In this document: positions 23,806 to 36,299 of the stretch, in pieces
Numbering within the stretch: position 1 is the stretch's first letter
How the letters are laid out: each line of letters begins with the position of its first letter
Translations under genes and position numbers: made by a program
The notes under the pieces: model-generated
Databases searched by the model: none
What the model was told of the DNA's origin: nothing
Seen by the model: only the letters and a program-made list of their open reading frames with translations
Assembly: GCA_010909165.1 (NCBI GenBank)
Contig: MU008174.1
Span: 372,001 to 436,000, forward strand
Length of the DNA: 64,000 nucleotides
Reading direction: 5' to 3'
Source of the DNA: Anthoceros angustus
Taxonomy: Eukaryota; Plantae; Anthocerotophyta

Positions 23806-24035
23806 TGTGGGTTGTGGTTTGTTTGTGGCTTGTGGGCTGATGTGGCTTGACATTGCAGCATGTTTCTGGACTAACCCCATCAAAGCTACAAACAACACAC
23901 ATCGATTCAGACCTCTGAACTAGGTGAATCATGAATTCAACCCACTGTGGGCTGATGTGGGTTGTGGGCCGATGTGGGTTGTGGGCTGTGGGCTGATGTG
24001 GGTTGTTGGCTGTGGGCTGATGTGGGGTGTGGGAT
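23806..24035. repeat. G/T-rich minisatellite (TGTGGGCTGA / TGTGGGTTG units)
   Basis: Directly visible repeats at 23806-23846 and 23946-24035. Confidence 0.75.
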
Positions 24036-26906
24036 GAGGGTTCATGTTGGTTGTAACTCGTGGGTTGTCGGTCGTGAACATGGAGAATCGTGGTAACAGT
24101 GCTTCACCGAGCTTCATGAGCCTCATTGAAACAGGCGCTGAGACAGCGGCAAACCTGGGAGGTTTCTGCATCGGCCCACGTTTTTTGGTAGGATATGTTG
24201 ATCGTCACCAAAGCCTTGCGTTAGGGTGGTGAAATCGCAATGCCGTGCCATCAAATGCCTGGTGGAGACGTCGCATTGGCCGCTCGATATGCGTTCCCCA
24301 CCACCACGCCATGATCCTCTTACGTGCCCCTCTCACTCCAAGGAGGGATAGACACCGCACCACGCCAGGTAAAACGATCAACCCCACAAGGACATCTCCC
24401 ATCACCATAAACTAGTTTTGCTGTGGCTCCACCTTTTCCTATGCGTCACTCGTCAGTTCGGATCGCTCTGGTATGCGTTCAGATTTGAGATTTTCTTTTA
24501 TTTTGATCCACCCAGCACAAGGAAATCTCTTGCCTCTTAGTGCATTGTATTGGAGGTCAATGAAGTTCTTCCAAAGTCATCCATGATACCTTCTCACATT
24601 CTGTAGATGACTCTCCTCAAAAGGCTGTGATAATGTGATTTGATGGAATTGTATCTCTTGTAGATATCGATCACTATAAGTTTTTTATAAGCGTGAAGAC
24701 TTCCTTGAGGATGGAGGGTACATTTCATCTCTTGTAGATATCGATCACTATAAGTTTTTTATAAGCATAAGACTTCCTTGAGGATGGAGGGCACATTTCT
24801 CACTGAGCTCTCGATGAAGTTTCACGGAAAGTTTCATAAGGACGGAAAAAACCATCAAGATAGAATTTTTTTCCGTCTTGTACTCTTAAATGGACTAACC
24901 CCATCACAGAATACAAGAGGGAAAAAATCACAAAGGAGCCAAGAGAAATGTGTCCCTTCCCGTTACTACATTTCTGTGAGCATTGAGGTGCATTCTACAA
25001 CCTACGAAAGAGAAAAAAAGAAGCACGACCTACCGAAATAATGAATTGCAATATCTTTTGATGCACCATAATAGATAGCAATGCTACAACCATTGTGGTG
25101 CATTTTACAACCTACCTAAGAAAAAGTAAAAGAAGAACGACCTACCGAAATAATGGTCGCAATATCACACCTGTAATAGCTTGCTCAAGAACAATGAATC
25201 CGCGTTGTCATAAGAATGAAATAAAACAAAAAAACAACAGCCGGACCCCTTCACATCTTTTGTAATAAGCTATCGCACCCTTCCTGATAAGGACGTCAGA
25301 GATAATCATGGTGTCACCAAGCCTCAAGAGTGAGGGCACAAATATTGCCATTCCCATAGATGCATTTTAGAATTTATGTATATGAGATTATTATCATTTA
25401 TATTAAAATATGATTTAATAAAAATATTTTCAATATTTTATTAAAATAATTTAATCATCACCAGATGATTTTTGTTGCTTATTGTGTTTTTGATTACAGC
25501 TTTAGGTGGGATCATCTTATATCTCTGATCCTCTGATTCTGTGTTCCAATGGGGCTTTGTATTGAACTTCGAAGGTGTTGTGTCAAATTTTCTAAGGTTT
25601 CCATTACAAATTTTGTTGTAATAGACTCTGCTTGTGAGTTGGTCAAGAGCATCCCTATATTATGAGAATATATTACGATGATATTATTATAATTAACTAT
25701 CATGCAGGAGGCCAAAGTACTCATAGAATGGGACTAAATTACAGCAACATAAGTATCATAATTGTCCGAACAATTATTCAAACATATATAGGTATCGCAA
25801 TTGTGCTTTAATAAAGAAGCAAAGCTTACTTTCGCAAAAAGAAAACACTTGTCCGAACCACCCTAGGCCCTTGGAACGGTAATCTTCGTAGGTATCGCGC
25901 CGGTGTCCGTCAACGGTCGCTCAAATACATACGCGTAAGGCGTAAGGTAAGTCTGTCTCCATACACCTCCAGGTGGTAGATATTAGGTAGGCACTAACTA
26001 GTCGCAAACGTCCTGTTAGTGCGGACTTAAAATTCTTTTCCACGCTGAGCCAGCTCATCTGGGCCTTGAGTCCTTGAGTTTGCAGTCCCTAATGTTTCGC
26101 AGCGGCCGGCGAAACTGGAACTGTGCCAGACACTTCACTCTGACTCGAGGCTTTTGCCTTTCTTGGCCCCGCCTGGGACAAAACAAGAGGCACCCGCATT
26201 CTCCCGCCACCACCTACTCACATTCGTTGCGCTTTCTCGCGCTCCGATCCGGCTCCTCTCCGCGGCGCCGTAGCCGCAGATCGGGGCTCTAAGCCTCTCC
26301 AGGGCTGCTGCCTGCGTTTTCTCCCTTCGTTGCGACCGACACTCTGCGGTGCTCGGTGTGCGGATTTTGACGGTGCTGCTGCCGGAAAGGCCGTGTTTTG
26401 GCCTGAATTTTGAACCGGTTGCGTCTGGTTCAGGTCCGTCTGACTGCTAGCTGTAAGGTGGAATTTGGCCATTTTCGGTGTAAGCTCTGAGCGCTTGGCA
26501 GGAAGGTTCTGTCTGCGAGGCGTGAGGTGGAGCCTGGGAGGCTTGGCTTTTGGATCTGAAGTTTGGCCGCGTTTGCTTGTGCTGAAACCTGTGCCGCTGA
26601 GCTTGTTTTTATGAGAAATGCGAGGGATCTGTTGCTTTAGGTGACACAATTTGGTGTCTCTGTCTGGCGGTGTTGGTAGCCGGTGACCTGATTCAGTGGA
26701 GGAGATGTTTGGAATCCGAAATTGTTGCGTAAATTGCTTGTGTTGAATTTGTTTGCTCTTTGGTGTTCAGGCCCCTTGCCAGCGGACGGCAGCACGTTCC
26801 AGTGTATGTTTGGAGATTTGTGGATCTCCCTGCTGTCAGACTATTGGATCTATCAGTTTGATGCCAGTCTGAGGAAGTATTGACTGCGTACGCACGAGAA
26901 GAGGAA

Positions 26907-29112
26907 ATGAATTCGACGAGTTTGAACCATCGGCGTCATGACAACCAACCGCCTGTGGAGGCGTACTCGCCTAAGCCAAGCAAGCGCGTATGGTCCCGTT
27001 CGGTGGAGTACTTGTTCAGGGAACAACGGTTTCTGTGCATCCTTGTCGGGGTTGCTATTGCCTCGGGTTTCTTTCTCTTCCAGCCGGCATTGTTTTCCAC
27101 CGTGAGTACTGTCACTCATCAACCAGTTGATTCTGCGGCGGTCACTGGCCTGGCCCGGCGGACTGCCGAGAGAGGAGCATATGTCAATGGCCACCTGAGC
27201 GCCGGAGGTAAAATTCCTCTTGGCATGAAGAGGACAGCTTTACGCATTGTGGTCACCGGCGGGGCCGGATTTGTTGGCAGCCATTTGGTGGACAGGTTGA
27301 TGGAAAGAGGTGACAATGTTATTGTTGTCGATAATTTTTTCACCGGGAGGAAGGAGAATGTGAAGCATCACTTCGGCAATCCCCGATTTGAGCTTATCAG
27401 ACATGATGTTGTGGAACCTCTGCTGTTGGAGGTTGATCAGATTTATCATCTTGCTTGTCCTGCCTCACCTGTTCACTACAAGTTTAATCCTGTCAAGACA
27501 ATTATATCCTTTGGAGTGTCCATGGAAGTCTTTCTGCTTTTGTAGTATTTTCGCGTTGATGTCTTTCAGTGTGCTCTGTGTTTAAAGCATTTTGATGCGC
27601 ATTATTGAGTTCAGTAGCAAGCAGCTTGGAGTTATGGTCTTAACGTTATGGCTGAGTGTCATAGGTCCGTAAAGCCTGAAATGCTGGCACTGCTTTGTAT
27701 TGACAAGTTCGGGCTGTCATAAAGCAGTGCGTGAAGGTCTGGCATCTATTCCCTGAGCTCTGATAATGGTGTAGTCTTTGTCAGATGGATTGGCTTTCTA
27801 GACCCTGTTCTTTCCTTAAGTACAACCACAAGACAAATGTCGTTGGCACTCTGAACATGCTAGGATTAGCAAAGCGTGTTGGCGCACGGTTTCTGCTTAC
27901 CAGCACAAGTGAAGTGTATGGAGATCCTTTGCAGCACCCCCAGAAGGAAGAATACTGGGGCAATGTCAATCCCATCGGTCGGTACCTGATTTTCTGTTTA
28001 GGGATACGTTCCAGGCATTTGTGAATCGACAGTTGCTCAAGTCTCATGTGTCACTCAGGTGTTCGGAGCTGTTACGATGAGGGTAAGCGCACTGCAGAGA
28101 CTTTGACAATGGATTACCACAGAGGTGCGGACGTGCAGGTGAGCACCTGGTGTTCCTTTGCAGGCAGATGATGTTTGCAGGAGGAAAACCGTTTGGAACT
28201 TCTGCTTGAATGCTTACTTTTCTGTTGCTCTTTTTTTTCTCCACAGGTTCGCATTGCTCGCATTTTCAACACGTATGGCCCTAGGATGTGCATTGATGAT
28301 GGTCGTGTTGTCAGCAACTTCGTGGCACAGGTAAAAGTTGTGCAACAATGTACCAACGAGATGATCACAAACTGGCAATCAAGAGATTCTATGGGATGTG
28401 CATCACCTAGCTTCCTGTTCTGACCTGTTTGTGCCTTGGTAGGCCCTGCGGAAGGAACCAATGACTGTATATGGTGATGGCAAACAGACAAGGAGTTTTC
28501 AGTATGTGTCCGACCTGGTAAGTGTGTTTTGTCATTTCTCGACATAGTGTGCTTAACAGAAGTCAAGTCAAGTTGACTCCGTGATAACCAATCTGTCCTG
28601 TAATGCATAGGTTGAAGGCCTGATGCGGCTTATGGAGGGTGAATATGTTGGTCCGTTCAACCTTGGAAATCCCGGGGAGTTTACAATGCTGGAGCTCGCT
28701 CAAGTAAGTTGTCTTGTCGTTGCTAACTCACCGAATGAGGCTTCAGTGTGCCGTTGTGTACAAGTCTGGTTTTTGCCTTCGTTATTCGGCCCTCCCTGGG
28801 AGCCAAAGCACTCTCGGGGAAGAGCTGATGGGCCCTTACCATGGTAAATTGTGTGCTATACAGGTTGTGAGGGATACAATTGATCCCGAAGCCAAGATTG
28901 AGTTCAGGAAGAACACAGAGGATGATCCCCACATGCGGAAGCCAGACATCTCAAAGGCCAAGGAATTCCTAGGCTGGGAACCCCGTGTTGAATTAAGGAA
29001 GGGTTTACCACTTATGGTTGATGATTTCCGGCAGCGCATCTTTGGTGACCAGAAAGATGGGGCTGAATTGGCTATTGATGTTTCGAGGAAGGAAACTGAA
29101 GGAGATGATTAG
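26907..29112 (+). CDS. UXS: UDP-glucuronic acid decarboxylase (UDP-xylose synthase), membrane-anchored UXS2/4-like; exons 26907-27503, 27830-27977, 28059-28138, 28247-28330, 28443-28517, 28611-28703, 28864-29112
   Basis: N-terminal [14 protein letters not shown] signal anchor, [13 protein letters not shown] Rossmann motif, [22 protein letters not shown] and [10 protein letters not shown]. Intron 1 is AT-AC. Confidence 0.96.
27504..27829 (+). other. U12-type (minor spliceosome) AT-AC intron
   Basis: 5' end ATATCCTTT, branch site TTCCTTAAG at 27812-27820, 3' end ...CCAC. Splicing restores the conserved NPVKTI|KTNVVGT. Confidence 0.93.
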
Positions 29113-30319
29113 GAGGTATGAGAAGCTAGCTCATCATGGGTAACGTAGGTGAAGCATGTAAATAACTGCTGAGGCAAGCTATGCGTGGAGTGGTCCCGAA
29201 GGCCAGACCCGTAAGCTTGCAGTAAGCAGTAGGGGAAGTGTCTAGGTCCATTCTTACCGTCACAAGCGCCACCATTGGCTTCACATCTTTGTGACTACTG
29301 AAGACAACCAATGTCCAGCGAGCTTAGTTTTAGATCCACGTCAGTGTGTGGAGGTGTAGTTTACCCTTCTCTGGTCAGAACTCTTCGGCTTCAAGCATGA
29401 AATTTTCGCCGGATGGTAGGAGGCCAACTAAACGGCATGGTTCCTTTTTCATCCCGTTGTGATACCTTCCTCTATTGCACTGCTGGAGTTTATCCTTACT
29501 ATCCTCTAGGGGCCACTTTCCATGGTATAGTATGTCCCATTGAACATGAGATGTTGTCCGGACTTTGCTTCGAGTATGGCAATGGCCGAGGCTTCTGGAC
29601 AAAGAACTGGAGTAGCCCTGACGGCCATAGTTGCTGCACGACAGGTATACCATGGTAATGTTGTTGCGGAACTAGACATAACTGGACGTTGACCTCCAAT
29701 TTTTGAACTTCCGCTGAAGACAACAAACTACCAGATGCTTTGTATCGAGTCAAATGTAAATTTTGGCATCAATTTTGATGCATAGATCAGAAAATGACTT
29801 TTCCGTAGGATAGGATGCTCTTTGGCCACCTGGCCACGCGGCTTGCGTAGCCTCTGACGTCAGCTTGCTTATCACAAAGCGTAATCGAAATCGTATTACA
29901 ACGAAGAATCTGGAGTGAACGCATTCCAATCTTTCCTTGTCGATCTGAAAAAACGACGGCGTTTCAGTGGGCTCCAACTGGCTATGAGAATCACTATTTG
30001 CTGCTGAGCAAGAGCTTGGAAATCGTACACATAATTTGGTAAGTGATCTTGCTTTTATCTCTGCTGTGGCGGTTTCTCTTCTCGTTCTTTGGCTTTGAGG
30101 TTAAGCAGGTATTAGTAGTTAATCGTCCTCTAAACCACGTTTTGCTAACCCCGATGAACAACTAGTGCCTGACAACGGGTCGGCCTGAAACGACCTGATT
30201 CGTTTCAGCATCTTAAGAACTTTCCCTCAGAAAACCAGTCGAGTGCGATTTTCTCCAACAGGAGGACGGTTGATCATTCAGGCCCCTTGACGGCGGACGG
30301 GTGACAGACACGAGCGGGC

Positions 30320-31201
30320 ATGGCATCCGAAGTGAACAAAGAGGTGCGTTCGTTCGGATGCTGGGATTTTGATTGTAACAGCCTGGAAATTGAGCAGACG
30401 TGTGCTTCAGGCGTTTGTGGAGCTGCAGGCTCAACTGGTGGACACTGCATCCAAGCTGAAGCAGGTTAGCTCCCGCTCCCACTCTCTGTTTCCTTCTCGC
30501 TCCTCGATTTGTTTCTCGGACTCTAGGTCTAGGGTTCTCAGCGCTCTCTTGTGCAGGTCCAGATGCAAATGAGAATCAGGGAATCAGAAAAAAAACGGGC
30601 ATTTCTGACTTTTGACGAATTACAGCGCCTGCCTGAGGATACCAGGACTTACCGATCAATTGGTAATTCTCCAGTCCCGCGGCAGGTCGTTGCTTTCGCT
30701 CCTGCTTCCCGGTTACGTTTTGCAGGGTCCATCCGCTAATCAAGTCTGGGTGCACTTGGCAGGCAAAGCGTGAGTGCGCATGCCTCCAAAACCTTTCTTA
30801 TTTGCTTTTTTGGCATTTTTGGCCGACGGCATAAGGTTTGAGAGTCAGGTACTGCTTTTGCCGTGATCACGGCTTTTGTGAAGTTCCTGCCCTTGCACAT
30901 GACATCCTGTTTGCCTTGACATCCAGATTTGTTCTTGACTCCATCTCGGAGCTCATGAAACAGCAGGAAGAGAAGTGCCAAGAATGTGACTCCAGCTTAG
31001 CCTCTTTACAGGTCAGTTGACGGTTGAGATTTCACTTTCATCGACAGTCTCTGAGCGCGCTTTTCTGAGTCAGTTCTCCTGCTGCAGACGTCCAAGGAGT
31101 ATCTCGACAGAGAGATGAAGGAAGTTGAGAGCAACTTCAAGGAGTTGATGCAGCAAACTCCTGCTCTTGCCCGTCAAGTGATGGCCATTTCAATGAATTG
31201 A
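30320..31201 (+). CDS. PFD1: Prefoldin subunit 1; exons 30320-30343, 30411-30464, 30557-30662, 30763-30769, 30927-31011, 31088-31201
   Basis: Spliced product MASEVNKEAFVELQAQLVDT...EKKRAFLTFDELQRLPEDTRTYRSIGKAFVL...LQTSKEYLDREMKEVESNFKELMQ. The frame requires the 7-nt microexon. Confidence 0.92.
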
Positions 31202-31869
31202 CGCACAACATGTGCATATCTGGCCTGGCCTCCTACTGGCTGGATACCCCAGCTCACCTTGTAGTCAGCAGATGAAGGCTGTGTGATGATGTTGCACGAC
31301 GCTCAAGCCTTCGTGGACAGACTCGTATGCTGCAGCCTGACTAAAGGACGTGACGTACGGTAGGCTAACCGTCTGCAGGCACATGCATACAGGTTAGTCT
31401 GAGCTGTGCAGGCGTCACTTTCGGCTCCGCGGTTATCTTGCTGGGATCTCTGTGTGGTATGTGACATGCCCCCAGTGCCAAGCAGTACAACTCTTGCATT
31501 TCTGCTGAAACAGATATACCTATTTGTGAATGATGTATCATGCCTGCCACCTGTGTCCCAAGACTAGACTGTGGTCCGACTGCTATGTTTCTGTAATCCG
31601 CTTAACAAAGATACCACTGAGATCGCGTTCCGAAATCGAAAACCTTCAACATTTGCGGCTGCTCGCCAGTAACGAGCAGTGCTGCTGTGTCCGATGGTGT
31701 TTTCCACCGCCTTTTTTGTTCATTCCTTGAGAGGTACCTTTCCCGATAGCAGGCATTAATGGGCACAAGTATCTATGTGCAAGCCCATCCGATAGTCTAT
31801 AGGTGGGATCATTGGGATGGACTGCGGTTACCTCCACAATAGACGGCATGGAGTCACGGCGGCCTATAC

Positions 31870-32128
31870 CGGAAGGGAAAGCAGGAAAACGGTGTCGGGA
31901 AAGGGAAACAGGGGAAAGGATTTAGGGAAAGGGAAACCAGTGAAAGGATGTAGGGAAAGGGAAACTAGGAAAAGGATGTAGGGAAAGGGAAACCAGGGAA
32001 AGGATGCAGCGAAAGGGAAACCAGGAAAAGGGTGTAGGGAAAGGGAAACGAAAGGAAACCAGGAAAAGGGTGTAAGGAAAGGGGAACCGGGCGAACGATG
32101 TAGGGAAAGGGAAACGAAAGGGAAACCA
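31870..32128. repeat. Purine-rich (GGAAA/GGGAAA) minisatellite, repeated at 33700-33948
   Basis: Directly visible. Confidence 0.85.
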
Positions 32129-32667
32129 AACCCGTCATTTTGTAGTAAAACTTTACTTCATAAGAAGAGCGAGAAAATGTTTGCAACAATCTCAATTGAA
32201 TTTCACACACACACTACAGGAAGGGCTTGGACCTCCAACCTTGTGTATAATGGCCACACCCTCTAGCCTTTCACTTTTATTTTGTAGTAAAACTTTACTT
32301 CATAAGAAAAGCCAAAAAATGTTTGCATCAATCTCAATTGAATTTCGGGCCACACACTACAGAAAGGGTTTGGACCTCCAACCTTGTGTATAATGGCCAC
32401 ATCCTCTAGCCAATTCAACTACTCTAGCTTTTGTTTCCACCATTTGGTTATACATATGTTGCCGTATTGTATGCACCATGAGTTCTCTGAAAGTTTCTAC
32501 AAAAGCTTGATTTTATTTTGGATCTAGCTCCATAAAAGCCATGTTCACAATGCATATATTGGTTCACGTGTTCACATGGGAGCCATGTCATGAATTGGGA
32601 GCAACGCCCGTGTTCACATGGGAGCCATGTCATAGTTGGGAGCAAACGCCCTTGCCTTTGCTTCATT

Positions 32668-32855
32668 AAGTTTGCACCTCCTACCCTTATCTTCGTTGCA
32701 TAAGTTTGCACCTCCTACCCTTGCCTTCGTTGCATAAATTTGCACCTCCTACCCTTGCCTTCGTTGCATAAGTTTGCACCTCCTACCCTTGGCTTCGGTA
32801 CATAAGTTTGCACCTCCTACCCTTGCCTTCATTGCATAAGTCCGCACCTCCTACG
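32668..32855. repeat. About 34-bp tandem repeat AAGTTTGCACCTCCTACCCTTGCCTTCGTTGCAT (about 6 copies; duplicated at 34494-34680)
   Basis: Directly visible tandem units with no unique spacers. Confidence 0.9.
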
Positions 32856-35800
32856 GCAAAGGCTTTTGCAACTTCTGGGCCGTTTGGAGCTTGTCATGCA
32901 ATGTACTTAGGAAAACAGACAACCTGACTGGACACATAAGTAAAGTGAAAAGAGTGCAAGAGAGATAACGCCGGTGTATGGCAATGATTATGCTCTTATG
33001 CAGCATGTGGATGCATGTATGTATGAGCATGTATGGATCTATGTGGATGGTATGGTTGATCTGTGGATGATATGTGCCATGTATGATCCACGTGTATGTC
33101 ATGGTATATGTGAGAATAACTAGCATATATAGGTGGAATAGGATATTTATTTCAAAAACCCTAAAAATCATAAAAGATAAAGCTTGAAAGTCCTTTGCTA
33201 TTGGAAACAAGAATTATTTCCTTGGCCTAAATTTAACCCTAGCCGCTCCCCAATCGCATGCGGATCTAGTTATTGAGAGCAAGGCGTGTGCTCTAGCAGA
33301 AAATGGCAAAGCTCAGGGCTAAATATGTAGAGCATCAGCTCAAGATAAGTTGGATTGTTGATGTTTGTATAGTAAAGAGATAGCCATCCTTCGCCCTATA
33401 CCATCTAGAACCGATGGTAGTCTAGGAAAGATTGTGGATAGAAGTCGAGACCCATTGACTTGGTTACCTTATTGGGCGAGATAGGAGAGTTGTTGATAAC
33501 ATTGTGGTTATAAGGCAAACAAGAAGGGCTGATTGAGGAATAGTCTTTTGAGGTCCGGGCCGAATGAGACTCTTGTGCGAGCATCTTGAGGAGGAGAACA
33601 GTTGGCCTTACAGCCAAAAAGTGGTGAGTTCACAAGTTCCAGTCCATCGGGACTGCGGTTACCTCCACAATAGACGGCATGGAGTCACGGCGGCCTATAC
33701 CGGAAGGGAAAGCAGGAAAACGGTGTCAGGAAAGGAAACCAGGGAAAGGATTTAGGAAAGGGAAACCAGTGAAAGGATGTAGGAAAGGGAAACTAGGAAA
33801 GGATGTAGGAAAGGGAAACCAGGAAAGGATGCAGCGAAAGGGAAACCAGGAAAGGGTGTAGGAAAGGGAAACGAAAGGAAACCAGGAAAAGGGTGTAAGG
33901 AAAGGGAACCAGAACGATGTAGGGAAAGGGAAACGAAAGGGAAACCAAACCCGTCATTTTGTAGTAAAACTTTACTTCATAAGAAGAGCGAGAAAATGTT
34001 TGCAACAATCTCAATTGAATTTCGGGCCACACACTACAGGAAGGGCTTGGACCTCCAACCTTGTGTATAATGGCCACACCCTCTAGCCTTTCACTTTTAT
34101 TTTGTAGTAAAACTTTACTTCATAAGAAAAGCCAAAAAATGTTTGCATCAATCTCAATTGAATTTCGGGCCACACACTACGAGAAGGGTTTGGACCTCCA
34201 ACCTTGTGTATAATGGCCACATCCTCTAGCCAATTCAACTACTCTAGCTTTTGTTTCCACCATTTGGTTATACATATGTTGCCGTATTGTATGCACCAGC
34301 AGGTTCTACAGAAAGTTTCTACAAAAGCTTCAGGATTTTATTTTTGGATCTAGCTCCATAAAAGCCATGTTCACAATGCATATATTGGTTCACGTGTTCA
34401 CATGGGAGCCATGTCATAGTTGGGAGCAAACGCCCGTGTTCACATGGGAGCCATGTCATAGTTGGGAGCAAACGCCCTTGCCTTTGCTTCATTAAGTTTG
34501 CACCTCCTACCCTTATCTTCGTTGCATAAGTTTGCACCTCCTACCCTTGCCTTCGTTGCATAAATTTGCACCTCCTACCCTTGCCTTCGTTGCATAAGTT
34601 TGCACCTCCTACCCTTGGCTTCGGTACATAAGTTTGCACCTCCTACCCTTGCCTTCATTGCATAAGTCCGCACCTCCTACGGCAAAGGCTTTTGCAACTT
34701 CTGGGCCGTTTGGAGCTTGTCATGCAATGTACTTAGGAAAACAGACAACTGGACACATAAGTAAAGTGAAAAGAGTGCAGAGAGATAACGCGGTGTATGG
34801 CAATGATTATGCTCTTATGCAGCATGTGGATGCATGTATGTATGAGCATGTATGGATCTATGTGGATGGTATGGTTGATCATGGATGATATGTGCCATGT
34901 ATGATCCACGTGTATGTCATGGTATATGTGAGAATAACTAGCATATATAGGTGGAATAGGATATTTATTTCAAAAACCCTAAAAATCATAAAAGATAAAG
35001 CTTGAAAGTCCTTTGCTATTGGAAACAAGAATTATTTCCTTGGCCTAAATTTAACCCTAGCCGCTCCCCAATCGCATGCGGATCTAGTTATTGAGAGCAA
35101 GGCGTGTGCTCTAGCAGAAAATGGCAAAGCTCAGGGCTAAATATGTAGAGCATCAGCTCAAGATAAGTTGGATTGTTGATGTTTGTATAGTAAAGAGATA
35201 GCCATCCTTCGCCCTATACCATCTAGAACCGATGGTAGTCTAGGAAAGATTGTGGATAGAAGTCGTAGACCCATTGACTTGGTTACCTTATTGGGCAGAG
35301 ATAGGAGAGTTGTTGATAACATTGTGGTTATAAGGCAAACAAGAAGGGCTGATTGAGGAATAGTCTTTTTGAGGTCTGGCTGGACGAATGAGCAGACTCT
35401 TGTGCAGGCATCTTGAGGAGGAGAACAGCGTTGGCCTTCTGTCAGAAAAAGTGGTGAGTTCACCTGAAGTTCCAGTCCCATCAGGACTCTGCGGTTGGAG
35501 GAGAGTAGTGACACAGACAGAATGGAGCAAGAGACTGTGTCGAGCAAGAACGATGTGCTCACTGGGAGACATGGAACCATGTCCCTAGCAGACTTTGAAG
35601 AGAAGTTTCGATGGAACATCGCTGAAATGAAGTTGACGAACAAGGATGAGTTTACTGCAGAGACGGCTGAAGATGGCGTTGTACCTAACGGTCGGAGAAG
35701 CACTCATGTACTACAGAGAGATCAAGAACAAAGTGTTGACTCTGGGTAGAGAGTGTTAGAAGGAAAAAAAAGAGACTATTGAGAAGGGGGAAACTGTCCA

Positions 35801-36299
35801 GTTGTCGAGGGCAAACGCAGTGGACTACATGGTGAACATCATGTTCAGCAAGTTCAATGACATGTTTCCTTTCTCATCTTTGGAGAATATCCAAGAGCTG
35901 TCCAAATTTGTGATCAGGCCGAATGAGCCTTTGGGATCAGCATATCTAAGGTTGAGGCAGTTGATCGAGGACATGGGTATTAAGACTCTCAGGGAGACAA
36001 CTGAAATTTTCTTGACAGCATTGCCCTCAGGCAATTAAGGAAGGTCGCCAATTCCGTTCACTCGGTGTATGGTGAGGTATATCAGTTGGTTAATATATAC
36101 TAGGTAGCCGAGAAGGTGTTGAAGGGTGATGCAGTTGCTAATGCTTATTGGGAAGAGCATAAGCTAATAAGGAGCAACAGTGCTAGGCATTAAGGAGGAC
36201 CCCAACATCAGCAGAGGACAGATTACAAGGATAATCATTATCCTTGTAATCTATCTGCATCTCAAAAATGGGAGGAAGGAGTTTCCATATGGTTGCTAA

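Larger units (their letters stand above)
31728..36230 (+). mobile_element. Decayed LTR-retrotransposon remnant (repeat-rich LTR-like region followed by a gag-like ORF), with a 1.8-kb tandem duplication
   Basis: Units 31819-33649 and 33650-35495 are near-identical. A decayed PBS-like ctagttattgagagc precedes the ORF start. Fragments 35495-35749 and 35802-36038 (NEPLGSAYLRLRQL...FLTALP) resemble retrotransposon Gag. Confidence 0.5.

Noticed and set aside
23300-25300. Possible PIF/Harbinger or other transposase remnant (AFDGT-like motif)
   Set aside because: Only one weak motif is present, with no TIR/TSD or colinear domain support.
32668-32855. 34-bp repeats as a CRISPR array
   Set aside because: The units are contiguous with no unique spacers, there are no cas genes, and the context is eukaryotic.
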